Source of the DNA: Clostridia bacterium
Lineage (GTDB): Bacteria > Bacillota > Clostridia > RGIG7378
DNA length: 46,910 bases
Reading direction: 5' to 3'
Assembly: GCA_045588325.1 (NCBI GenBank)
Contig: JAZNEA010000101.1
Location: forward strand, 1-46,910
Of the stretch, positions 18,441 to 27,748 are shown piece after piece; position 1 is the first letter of the stretch, and each line of letters starts with the position of its first letter. The position numbers and the translations under genes are program-made. The notes below the pieces were generated by a model that saw nothing but the letters and a program-made list of their open reading frames with translations, had not been told where the DNA came from and did not search any database.

Positions 18441-19853
18441 ATGGCAAACATGAGCTTAAACAAGACTCCCATGCCAGAGCAGAATCCTGAGGTGAGAGCC
18501 CACAATTTCCAGGAGGTTACCACAGGATATACAGAGGAAATGGCACTTAACGAGGCCCTGCGTTGCCTCAATTGTAAGAATATGCCCTGTGTTGCAGGTT
18601 GTCCTGTTAACGTACATATCCCCGAGTTCATCACCAGGATCAAAGAGGGAGATTTTGAGGGTGCATATCAGGTGATTAACAAGTCATCCTCACTGCCAGC
18701 AGTGTGTGGTAGAGTTTGTCCCCAGGAGACCCAGTGCGAGAGCAAATGTGTTCGCGGCATCAAGGGCGAGCCTGTGGGCATTGGCAGACTGGAGAGATTT
18801 GTTGCTGATTGGCACAATATGCACAGCGACGAGGCCCCTAAGACAGAGCCCGCCAACGGACACAAGGTAGCAATTGTAGGTTCTGGCCCATCTGGCCTCA
18901 CCTGCGCAGGAGATCTGGCTAAGGCAGGTTTTGATGTTACAGTATTCGAGGCCCTGCATATGGCAGGTGGCGTTTTGGTATACGGCATTCCTGAGTTCCG
19001 TCTGCCCAAGGCCATCGTACAAAAAGAGGTGGATAACCTTAAGGCAATGGGCGTTAAGGTTGAGACAAATATGATTATCGGCAAGACTCTCACAGTGGAC
19101 GACCTGTTCCAGATGGGATTTGAGGCTGTGTTCATTGGTTCCGGAGCAGGTCTCCCCAACTTTATGGGCATTCCCGGCGAGTCCCTTAAGGGCGTATATT
19201 CTGCCAACGAGTTCCTTACCAGATCTAACCTCATGAAGGCATACAAGGATAACCCTGTAACACCTATCATGAAGGGGGGCAATGTGGCAGTTGTTGGAGG
19301 CGGCAACGTGGCAATGGATGCTGCCAGGACTGCTCTTCGTCTGGGCGCAGATAATGTCTACATCGTATATCGTCGTTCCATGGAGGAGCTGCCTGCTCGT
19401 CGCGAAGAGGTTGAGCACGCCATGGAGGAGGGCATCCAGTTTATGCTACTCAATAATCCTGTAGAGATTTTGGGTTACAACAACACTGAGGACAAGCGAG
19501 ACCCCAAGAACGGCACCGTAGTTGGTATGAGATGCATCCGCATGGAGCTGGGTGAGCCCGACGAGAGAGGCCGTCGCAGACCTGTTGAGGTCCCCGGCAG
19601 CGAGTTTGTACTGGATGTAGATACAGTTATCATGTCAATCGGTACATCTCCCAATCCTCTCATTAAGTCCACTACAGTAGGCCTTGACGTGAACAAGCGC
19701 GGAGGCATTATCGTAGAGGAGGGCACCGGCGCAACGTCCAGAGATGGCGTTTATGCAGGAGGCGATGCTGTAACAGGTGCTGCCACTGTTATTTCTGCCA
19801 TGGGAGCGGGCAAGGTCGCAGCCAAGGCAATCGTGGAGAAGCTGTTGAGCTAA
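18441..19853 (+). CDS. nfnB: NfnB large subunit (often annotated NADPH-dependent glutamate synthase GltA/GltD-like)
   Basis: RCLNC...C..GCP, CGRVCPQE.QCE..C, GSGPSG, YGIPEFRLP, GGGNVAMD, AGGDAVTG; paired with nfnA. Confidence 0.9.
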   Translation: MANMSLNKTPMPEQNPEVRAHNFQEVTTGYTEEMALNEALRCLNCKNMPCVAGCPVNVHIPEFITRIKEGDFEGAYQVINKSSSLPAVCGRVCPQETQCESKCVRGIKGEPVGIGRLERFVADWHNMHSDEAPKTEPANGHKVAIVGSGPSGLTCAGDLAKAGFDVTVFEALHMAGGVLVYGIPEFRLPKAIVQKEVDNLKAMGVKVETNMIIGKTLTVDDLFQMGFEAVFIGSGAGLPNFMGIPGESLKGVYSANEFLTRSNLMKAYKDNPVTPIMKGGNVAVVGGGNVAMDAARTALRLGADNVYIVYRRSMEELPARREEVEHAMEEGIQFMLLNNPVEILGYNNTEDKRDPKNGTVVGMRCIRMELGEPDERGRRRPVEVPGSEFVLDVDTVIMSIGTSPNPLIKSTTVGLDVNKRGGIIVEEGTGATSRDGVYAGGDAVTGAATVISAMGAGKVAAKAIVEKLLS

Positions 19854-19873
19854 GTAGTAAAATATTGAGTTTT

Positions 19874-19906
19874 AATCCCTCATGTGCAAGGCATGGGGGA
19901 TTTTTT
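19874..19906 (+). terminator. nfnAB terminator
   Basis: AATCCCTCATG-7 nt-CATGGGGGATT plus T-tract. Confidence 0.8.
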
Positions 19907-20054
19907 GTTAAAGGGACACGTGGATTGAGACGGTGCTCTACGCCAGCAATCCGTAAAGAGATGTCTATATAGAGATTTATTGATAAAATAAAGTCAAAAG
20001 GTAATACTCCAATGTACTTTATAGGTGTATATGGCAAGAAAGGATGGTGGTAAA

Positions 20055-20353
20055 TTGAAAAAACTATAGCAATAAGTTGCATCCTATTAATGCTAATAAC
20101 GTGTGGCGGGTGCGTTATTGCTACTGACTTTTACGCGGGGAAGAGGCCATATGATTATGGTAAAGCAACGTGGGTCTGTGTATCGCCAGACGCATGGTTC
20201 GTTATCAATGCTTCTGAGGGTGACAAAGACTATATTTATCCCAAAGGAGAGATTGCTATTGATAAAGAGTCGGATAAGCTTTTTAATGGCCAATACGATA
20301 CCATCACTTTTGTAAGAAATGCAGGAGCTGAAACAACTTCTCAAACCCCTTAA
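20055..20353 (+). pseudogene. Frameshifted lipoprotein gene remnant
   Basis: TTG AAA AAA CTA TAG stops at once; one extra A gives MKKTIAISCILLMLITCGGC (signal peptide plus lipobox) in frame with ORF 20090..20353; AT-rich. Confidence 0.7.
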
Positions 20354-20412
20354 AGGTTTCAATGTGGTGCTTGAGGATTACAAGGCCAAACTTACATAGT
20401 AGAGTCTGGCCT

Positions 20413-20436
20413 GGGCGAGCGCATGCTCGCTTTTTT
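20413..20436 (+). terminator. Terminator hairpin
   Basis: GGGCGAGC-GCAT-GCTCGCTT plus T-tract. Confidence 0.7.
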
Positions 20437-20476
20437 CTTTTTCTACAATTGAATAACATTGCACCCTTTGTGCCAA

Positions 20477-20506
20477 TAATAGTTTCGTGCGTTTCAGCAT
20501 ATACAT
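20477..20506 (+). promoter_or_regulatory. Mother-cell (sigmaE/sigmaK-like) promoter
   Basis: ATA-16 bp-CATATACAT upstream of the cotS-like gene. Confidence 0.5.
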
Positions 20507-20536
20507 TACCTACTTAAGAGACGAGGAGCAGGAAAC

Positions 20537-21529
20537 ATGAGATGGTACATTGATGAAATTATACCCAAATACGACATTGCTTTTGACAGCGCCGAGCCCT
20601 ACAGGGATGGATTTATGCTGACCAAGGGCCCAAGAAGGTACATTCTCAAGCATGTTAACCTGGAAGAAAACAGGATTCGTGGCATCTCAGAATGCAAGGA
20701 ATATATGTATAGCAGAGGGTTCCATGGAGAGGAGAGGTATCTGCCAACTGCAGAGGGAGATTTGTTGTGCGAGGTGGACGACAATCGATTCGTGCTGACC
20801 GAGGCTGTCCGTGGCAGAGACTGCGATTTTGACAATAACCAGGACGTGAAGATCGCGGCCAAGGCTTTGGCACAATTCCATAATGCATCCAGAGGTTTCG
20901 TCCCGGCGGATCCGAATACATTCAGGCGAGACCTGTACAAGCTGCCCGACACATACAGAAAGAGGCTGGCCGGCCTTAGCAAGATGAAAAAACTGGCCGA
21001 AAAGGGCAGAGATAAGTTTGATTCAAAATACCTGGAGAATGTTGACTTTTATATCAAGCAGGGCAGCCATGCCCTCAAGGTTCTGGAGGATTCTGCATAC
21101 AACAGCCTGTGCGCCCGAGCAGAAAAGGAGGGCCAGGTTAGCCACAACGACTTTACCCATTACAACGTGCGAATCTCCGAAAACGGCACAGGCATAGTAA
21201 TGAACATGGAGAACATGGGCGTAGATATCGTCCAATACGATCTGGCCAACTTTATCAGGCGCAAAATGCGCAAGTGCGACTGGGACATAGATCAATGCCA
21301 GGATTTGCTGACAGAGTACAGCAACATTTGGCCTCTGAGCCCGGATGATCTGAGAGTTACGGCTGCCATACTGGAGTTCCCCCAAAAGTTCTGGAGGACA
21401 GCCAACTCCTACTATAACAGCAAGAGGGGCTGCGTAGAAAAGGGCCACGTCATGAGAATGGAAGAGACCCTGTCAGAAAAGGGTCTCCATAGCGAATTCG
21501 TCGATAAATTTTACAAGCGATTTGCCTAA
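20537..21529 (+). CDS. CotS/YutH-family spore coat protein (kinase-like fold)
   Basis: YILK, GRDCDF, LAQFHNASRGF, HNDFTHYN, YDLANFIRR, FPQKFWR motifs. Confidence 0.88.
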   Translation: MRWYIDEIIPKYDIAFDSAEPYRDGFMLTKGPRRYILKHVNLEENRIRGISECKEYMYSRGFHGEERYLPTAEGDLLCEVDDNRFVLTEAVRGRDCDFDNNQDVKIAAKALAQFHNASRGFVPADPNTFRRDLYKLPDTYRKRLAGLSKMKKLAEKGRDKFDSKYLENVDFYIKQGSHALKVLEDSAYNSLCARAEKEGQVSHNDFTHYNVRISENGTGIVMNMENMGVDIVQYDLANFIRRKMRKCDWDIDQCQDLLTEYSNIWPLSPDDLRVTAAILEFPQKFWRTANSYYNSKRGCVEKGHVMRMEETLSEKGLHSEFVDKFYKRFA

Positions 21530-23331
21530 TCCCCACCGCGCTTAAAGTCCATGCTGCACAGTTCTGCATATATGCCACCGGGGATGGCCATGAGCTCCTG
21601 ATGGGTGCCCTGCTCTACCAAATCGCCGTTTTGCATAACCAGGATACAGTCTGCATTGCGGATGGTGGATAGGCGGTGTGCTATGACAAAGCAAGTTTTG
21701 CCAGCCATAAGTTTGGTTATGGCCTGCTGAATACGCATTTCTGTTCGTGTGTCTACGTTGCTGGTGGCCTCGTCCAGAATCAGGATAGGTGCATCCGAAA
21801 GCATGGCTCTGGCAATGGTCAGCAACTGCCTCTGACCCTTGGAAATGTTGATGGCGCCGTCCTCCAACATGGTGTCATATCCCTGGGGGAGGTGAGTGAT
21901 AAAGGAATGAATCATTGCCTCCTTGCAGACTCGCTCCACGTCCTCTCTGGAGACACCCTCGCGCCCGTAGGCCACGTTTTCGTATATGGTGCCCGTAAAC
22001 AGCCAGGTGTCCTGCAGAACCATAGAAAAGGATTTTCGCAGGCTGTCGCGGGTGGCCAATGAGATGTCCTGGCCATCTATGCAAATCTTGCCCTTGTATT
22101 GGTCATAAAATCTCATCAGCAGGTTAATTATGGTGGTTTTGCCAGCTCCTGTGTGTCCAACAATGGCGATGACCTGTCCCTGGTCGGCATGAATGTTCAT
22201 GTCGGAAATAATCTGTCTGTCAGGGGTATATCCAAACTTCAGGTGGGAGATATCCACCGTTCCCTTTACATCCTCCAGCACAACTGCATCTGCAGGATCT
22301 GCTGCCTCGGAGGGCTCATCCAACAATCTGAAAACTCTGTCTGCGGCGGCCATGGCGGACTGCAGGTCGCCAATTATGTTAGCCACCTCGTTAATAGGGC
22401 CTGAGAACTTTCTTGAGTACAGGACAAAGGATGAAATGTCTCCGGCTGTTATGCCACGATAACCCCACATGTACATAAGGGCACCCAGCACGCTGATAAG
22501 GGTCAGAGACAAGTTGTTGACAAAATTGACCGAAGGACCAGTGATAGTGCCCACACTCTCTGCATCGGTATATGCGATCACAGCCTCCTTGTTCAGCACC
22601 TGGAATTTCTCAGACACCTTATCCTCGACGGAGTAGGCCTTAGTGGTTTTCTGCCCGGAAATCATCTCCTCTACGTAACCATTGAGCTCGCCCAGTTTGG
22701 CGGAGCGTCTGCGGAAGAGGGGACGGGATCTCTTGGTGATAAATCTGGTCAGGAGGGCCGACAATGGAACGGTGACAGCAAATACGATAACCAGAGGTGG
22801 AGCGATTGTCAGCATCATAGCCAATGAACCCACCACCATAATGGCACTCTTGAGGCAGGTGATCAGGTCATTTGCCAGGCATTCTGCCAATGTGTCCACG
22901 TCATAGGACAGAACGGACAGCAGGTCGCCGGCCTGCCTGCTATCAAAAAATGAAACAGGCAATGTGGTCAGGTGGTCAAAGGTGTCATCCCTCATATTTC
23001 TGACAATTGCTCTGGTGATGCTGCACATCAGGATGGTGCCCACATATGCCATAACGCCAGACAGAGCATATACAATAAGCAGTACTACAGCATATCCCAG
23101 TACTTGGCTCATACCTGAACCATCTGCGGTGATGGCGTCTATGGCCTGACCACAGATCTTGGGTCCAACCAGGGAGAGCAGAGTGCTGATTATGGTTATC
23201 AGGAAGACGCTGCCCAACTTAAGGTAATGGGGGGCCAGATATTTTGAAATGCGCGACAAAAGCTGCCCCAGGCTCATGCGCTTGGCATTGCCATATGTTA
23301 TCTCGTTGGGGCTGATTCTGGGGTGTCTCAT
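21526..23331 (-). CDS. Heterodimeric multidrug-type ABC exporter subunit (consensus Walker B/H-switch half)
   Basis: TMD plus NBD: GHTGAGKT, ISKGQRQ, LILDEATS, AHRL; start at MRHPR overlapping the upstream stop. Confidence 0.92.
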   Translation of the reverse strand: MRHPRISPNEITYGNAKRMSLGQLLSRISKYLAPHYLKLGSVFLITIISTLLSLVGPKICGQAIDAITADGSGMSQVLGYAVVLLIVYALSGVMAYVGTILMCSITRAIVRNMRDDTFDHLTTLPVSFFDSRQAGDLLSVLSYDVDTLAECLANDLITCLKSAIMVVGSLAMMLTIAPPLVIVFAVTVPLSALLTRFITKRSRPLFRRRSAKLGELNGYVEEMISGQKTTKAYSVEDKVSEKFQVLNKEAVIAYTDAESVGTITGPSVNFVNNLSLTLISVLGALMYMWGYRGITAGDISSFVLYSRKFSGPINEVANIIGDLQSAMAAADRVFRLLDEPSEAADPADAVVLEDVKGTVDISHLKFGYTPDRQIISDMNIHADQGQVIAIVGHTGAGKTTIINLLMRFYDQYKGKICIDGQDISLATRDSLRKSFSMVLQDTWLFTGTIYENVAYGREGVSREDVERVCKEAMIHSFITHLPQGYDTMLEDGAINISKGQRQLLTIARAMLSDAPILILDEATSNVDTRTEMRIQQAITKLMAGKTCFVIAHRLSTIRNADCILVMQNGDLVEQGTHQELMAIPGGIYAELCSMDFKRGGD

Positions 23332-25028
23332 AGTGAACCTCCCTGTATTTCGCAAATTGCTGCATATTCGGGGCATGTAGCAACCAACTGGTCGTGAGTG
23401 CCAGCACCAATAACCTTGCCGCCATCCATTACCAAAATAAGGTCTGCATCCTGTATGGTGCTGATTCGCTGAGATATTATGACCGTGGTGGTGTCCGGGA
23501 AGTTCTCCCTGATGGCCTGCCTCAGCAACGTGTCGGTCTTATAATCCAGGGCAGAGGAGGAGTCGTCCAAAATCAGGTACTGGGGGTTACCTGCCAATGC
23601 TCGTGCCAGTATGAGTCTCTGCTTTTGGCCACCAGACAGGTTGCCTGCCTTTTGGGCCACCTTATACTGGATGCCCTCGTCCAGCTTATCCACGAACTCC
23701 TTTGCCTGAGAGTGCTCCAGGGCCTGTAGCACCTGCTCCTCAGACAAATCGCGTCCATAGCTCACGTTCTCATAAATAGTGTCTGCCATCAGGAAGTCAT
23801 TCTGAAAAGCAACTCCAAACATCCTGCGCAGGTCCTTGGGGTGGTATGTGCGAATATCCCTGCCACCAACATATATGGCTCCTGAATCCGCCTCATACAT
23901 CCTCATGAGCAGGTTAATCAACGTGGTTTTGCCCGATCCTGTGGTGCCGATGATGCCCAGAGTCTGCCTGGGATACAGCGTAAAATCTATGTCGGACAGG
24001 TCGTCTGCCACTTTGTTGTAAGAAAAGTGCACGTGCCTGAACTGTATGGCTGCATCGGTGTCCCCCGGCTCAGTCTCCTCTGGTGACACAACGGGCAGAT
24101 CTGTGTCTGTCTCCAGAACCTGACATACTCTCTCTGCAGAGGCCAAGCCCTTAGAGAGGATGGTGAATATTCTGGTAACGCCAATTACGGCATTGAGAAT
24201 CATGGTGAAGTAGGAAAGGAAGGCCAAAATAATGCCTGCAGGAGTCTGTGTCATGGCTCCTACAACAATAACCAGTACCAGACCGATGTTCAGGATCAGT
24301 GTGGTCAGCGGACTGGTAACGGAGTTTAATTTGTCTGTGTTGAATTCTCTGGTTGACAGGTCCTTGGTGGTGTGGTGGAAGCGCTGGCGCTCGTACTCCG
24401 TCTTGGACAGGGCCTTAATAACGCGGATGCCGGTAATATTCTCGCGTGCTCTGCGCACCATATTGTCCACTCCGTTTTGTACGGAGAGGAACGATGGGAT
24501 TGTCCGTCGGGTAATTACAAATACCACAAGGCCGATAAGGGGAATCATGGCCAGCAGAACCAGGGCCAGTTTAACGTCAAGCAGCATTGTGATGACGATG
24601 CCGCCGATTAGCAGAATAGGTGCCCTGACGCCCATTCTCATCATACGGGCAACTGTGGAGTTTACGTTGTACGTGTCGCTGGAAAGCCTGGAAATCAGAG
24701 AGGGCAGGGTGAACTGATCCACCTGATTGCAATTGAGGTGTCCCACCTTGTCAAACAAGTCATATCTCAGGTCATGGGTCATCTTGCCGGATGCAATTGC
24801 GGAAAGGCGATTGGCGATTATATTGCCAAAAACAGCAATCAGTGAACACACCAGCATGATGCCACCGTATGTGAATATCAGCGACGAATTCTTAAGTGGG
24901 ACCAGATCGTCAATTATGTATGACAAGATGTAGGGTAGTAACAGCTCCGCGGCACTGGCGGTGAACTTGATAGATAGTGCCAAATAGACGGTAAGTCGGT
25001 ATGGTTTGATGTAACGTAAAATCTTCAT
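23328..25028 (-). CDS. Heterodimeric multidrug-type ABC exporter subunit (degenerate Walker B/H-switch half)
   Basis: GTTGSGKT, LSGGQKQ, LILDDSSS (E to D), SQR (H to Q), as in TmrAB/EfrCD-type pairs. Confidence 0.92.
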   Translation of the reverse strand: MKILRYIKPYRLTVYLALSIKFTASAAELLLPYILSYIIDDLVPLKNSSLIFTYGGIMLVCSLIAVFGNIIANRLSAIASGKMTHDLRYDLFDKVGHLNCNQVDQFTLPSLISRLSSDTYNVNSTVARMMRMGVRAPILLIGGIVITMLLDVKLALVLLAMIPLIGLVVFVITRRTIPSFLSVQNGVDNMVRRARENITGIRVIKALSKTEYERQRFHHTTKDLSTREFNTDKLNSVTSPLTTLILNIGLVLVIVVGAMTQTPAGIILAFLSYFTMILNAVIGVTRIFTILSKGLASAERVCQVLETDTDLPVVSPEETEPGDTDAAIQFRHVHFSYNKVADDLSDIDFTLYPRQTLGIIGTTGSGKTTLINLLMRMYEADSGAIYVGGRDIRTYHPKDLRRMFGVAFQNDFLMADTIYENVSYGRDLSEEQVLQALEHSQAKEFVDKLDEGIQYKVAQKAGNLSGGQKQRLILARALAGNPQYLILDDSSSALDYKTDTLLRQAIRENFPDTTTVIISQRISTIQDADLILVMDGGKVIGAGTHDQLVATCPEYAAICEIQGGSL

Positions 25029-25067
25029 GGTGCTATTAGTGTCTAAATATAAATATACAACTGTTTA

Positions 25068-25096
25068 ATTTTACGGCGAACGGAGCGTTAAGACAA
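25068..25096 (-). promoter_or_regulatory. sigmaA-type promoter of the ABC exporter
   Basis: Minus strand TTGTCT-17 bp-TAAAAT. Confidence 0.55.
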
Positions 25097-25268
25097 GGGG
25101 GATTATGCGAGAGTCAGCCAAATATAATTTGGAAATGTGCATTCTCCGGTTGCAAAAATCCAGCCAGGATGTGCTTTTTTATGCACTGAGTCAAGTTGTA
25201 CTTTAGCAAAGCCCGTTATTGTGTTACAATACACAAAACTGGGTTAGTATATGGATTTGGAGGCAGGT

Positions 25269-27275
25269 ATGAATAGCAGGACAGAACTTCGCAAGAATTT
25301 TTTTGCCATAGTTTATTCACGAGGGCTGGCATTTAATTTGCTGGCGGTCATTGCTATTGCCTTCTTTTTCATTCTGGGCAAGTTTGTGTTGGGCACAGTT
25401 TTCATTATTTTGTGGATATTACTCAACATAGCCCTTCTGACTATCACCGAGATGATGACGCGACGCGTGTCCGACAGGCTCAACCACATGGTCAACCGCC
25501 TTAACGAAAAGGCTCGCGGCAACCTGCTGAACATGCAGCTGCCCATTGCCATATTGGACGAGGAGGGGTCTATCCTCTGGTTCAACAACTATTTTTCCAA
25601 GGAGTTCAATGTTGTCGTGTCCAAGGTGGACAAGGATGTGGATGTCTTTGTCAGGAGTCTTAAGCAGCAGGCAGATCCCGATAGCTTAGGCTGGCAGGTA
25701 GAGGCCGAGTTTGGGGGCAAGACATACCAGTGCCTGGGCAGTGATTTTGCGGTGCGCAAGGGGCAGAACCCTGAGAATATAGTTATGTTTATAGACGTGA
25801 CAGACCATCAGGCCCTTATGCAAAAATATGATTATGAGAGGCCATGTTGCGGCATTATCATAATAGATAACTACGACGATATCGTGGCAGCCATGAGTGA
25901 CGAGTACGTTCACATCATGAGAGCTGAGGTGGAGAAGTGCCTTACCGCCTGGTCCAAGGATGCATCCGGATATGTTCGCAGGTACGATAGGGATAAGTAT
26001 ATTATTATGTTTGAGCGAGGCATGTTGGCCCACTATATGGCAGATGGGTTTAAGCTGCTGCTCTCCGCTATTAAGGACATCGCACCCACAGGATCCATGA
26101 CCGTCACCGTCAGCGTTGGTCTGGCCACAGAGTGCGGCAAGGCTCCCGACAATTTTGCAGAGGCCCAGAGGTGTATCGATATAGCCTTAGGTAGAGGCGG
26201 CGAACAGGTTGTTCTTTCCATCGCAGGGGAGAAGAGTTTTTACGGAGGCCATGTCAGAGAGATTGAGAGAGAGTCCAGGGTTAAGGCCCGCATCAACTCC
26301 AACGCACTCAGGGCTACCATAGAGAGCTCCAAGAGGGCATATATCATCGGACATAAGAATGCAGACTTTGACTGTCTGGGAGCGGCTCTGGGAGTATACC
26401 GCATGTGCATTATCCTCAATGTACAGGCCTACATTATTATGGACGATGTCAATAGTAGCCTCAGACCATATCTGGATACCATCCGCAGGTCTTCGGAGTA
26501 CACAGGAGTGTTTGTCTCCGCCGCAGATGCAGAGGCCATGGCAGATTCGGATTGTTGCCTGGTAGTAGTAGACGCCAACAAGAGCAGCATGCTGGAGGCT
26601 GAGGAGCTTTTGGAGATAGTTGGCAAGGTTGCGGTTATCGATCACCACAGGAGAGGCTCTAAGTATATTGATTTTGCCAGGCCATTGTTCCAGGAGCTTG
26701 CAGCATCGTCCGCCAGCGAGATGGTGGCAGAGATACTGCAGTATCAGGAGGAAAAGGGCAGGATTACTGCTCAGGAGGCAACGGCCATGTATATGGGTAT
26801 GATTGTGGACACCAAGGACTTTACCTTCAAGACCGGCGTCAGAACCTTTGAGGCTGCGGCATTCCTTAAGAGGAGTGGAGCCAACCTGGATGTAGCTCAC
26901 AGGTTCACGGCCAAGACCAAGGACAGGTACAATCTTATCGCATCCATTGTTGCAGGGGCCCGTGAGGTTGGCGACAGGTGTATTGTGGCCACAGTCCCAG
27001 AGGGGACAGACAGCAGTAGTGAGGTGGCGGCCCAGGTTGCAGATACATTGCTGCAGCTGGCTGGCAATGAGGCCTCATTTGTAATGGCAACATCGGGAGA
27101 ACAGGTGATAATTTCGGCCAGATCATCGGGCAGAGTTAATGTTCAGATGATTATGGAGGATCTGGGCGGCGGTGGCCATCAGACCATGGCAGGAGCACAG
27201 CTCAAGGGCGTCACCGTTGACGAGGCATACGACAGACTGATTAAGTCTATCAACTATAGAGTATTAGCAGAATAA
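25269..27275 (+). CDS. gdpP: c-di-AMP phosphodiesterase GdpP (TM-PAS-degenerate GGDEF-DHH/DHHA1)
   Basis: 2 TM, IDNYDD, GRGGEQ, GHxxADxD, IDHHR, DTxxF..TGVRTFEAA, GGGGH; precedes rplI; alternative start 25251. Confidence 0.93.
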   Translation: MNSRTELRKNFFAIVYSRGLAFNLLAVIAIAFFFILGKFVLGTVFIILWILLNIALLTITEMMTRRVSDRLNHMVNRLNEKARGNLLNMQLPIAILDEEGSILWFNNYFSKEFNVVVSKVDKDVDVFVRSLKQQADPDSLGWQVEAEFGGKTYQCLGSDFAVRKGQNPENIVMFIDVTDHQALMQKYDYERPCCGIIIIDNYDDIVAAMSDEYVHIMRAEVEKCLTAWSKDASGYVRRYDRDKYIIMFERGMLAHYMADGFKLLLSAIKDIAPTGSMTVTVSVGLATECGKAPDNFAEAQRCIDIALGRGGEQVVLSIAGEKSFYGGHVREIERESRVKARINSNALRATIESSKRAYIIGHKNADFDCLGAALGVYRMCIILNVQAYIIMDDVNSSLRPYLDTIRRSSEYTGVFVSAADAEAMADSDCCLVVVDANKSSMLEAEELLEIVGKVAVIDHHRRGSKYIDFARPLFQELAASSASEMVAEILQYQEEKGRITAQEATAMYMGMIVDTKDFTFKTGVRTFEAAAFLKRSGANLDVAHRFTAKTKDRYNLIASIVAGAREVGDRCIVATVPEGTDSSSEVAAQVADTLLQLAGNEASFVMATSGEQVIISARSSGRVNVQMIMEDLGGGGHQTMAGAQLKGVTVDEAYDRLIKSINYRVLAE

Positions 27276-27297
27276 CATCGCGATAGCGGAGGTAAAA

Positions 27298-27747
27298 ATG
27301 GAAGTAATTTTGACACAGGACGTTAAGGGTTTAGGAAAAAAGAATCAGCTGGTCAAGGCCAGTGACGGATACGCAAGGAACTTTTTGCTCCCCAAGGGAT
27401 TGGCAGTAGAGGCAACAAAGGCCAATGTAAACGAGATGAATGCCAAGACAGATGCAGAGAGAGCACGTATAGCCAGAGAGAGGGCGGCCGCGTTGGAGCA
27501 GCAAAAGGCCCTGTCTGCCATTTCACTGTCATTCACAGTCAAGGGTGGCGCCAACGGCAAGCTTTTTGGATCAGTAACTAACAAGGAGATTTCTGAGGCC
27601 CTTCGCACACAGCATGGCCTTGAGATTGACAAGAAGAAGATTGAGCTTGAGGAGGCTATTAAGGGTGCAGGCAAGTACACCGCCTTTATCAAGTTGTATC
27701 CTCAGATTTCTGCAAAGATTACCATTAATATCACCGTAGAGGTTTAA
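27298..27747 (+). CDS. rplI: 50S ribosomal protein L9
   Basis: MEVILTQDVKGLG, DGYARNFLLPKGLA, GKLFGSVT. Confidence 0.98.
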   Translation: MEVILTQDVKGLGKKNQLVKASDGYARNFLLPKGLAVEATKANVNEMNAKTDAERARIARERAAALEQQKALSAISLSFTVKGGANGKLFGSVTNKEISEALRTQHGLEIDKKKIELEEAIKGAGKYTAFIKLYPQISAKITINITVEV

Positions 27748-27748
27748 G

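Noticed and set aside
19913-19931. GGGACACGTGGATTGAGAC resembles the 3' half of a type I-C CRISPR repeat
   Set aside because: Single partial copy, no 5' palindromic half, no array or cas genes noticed in the window
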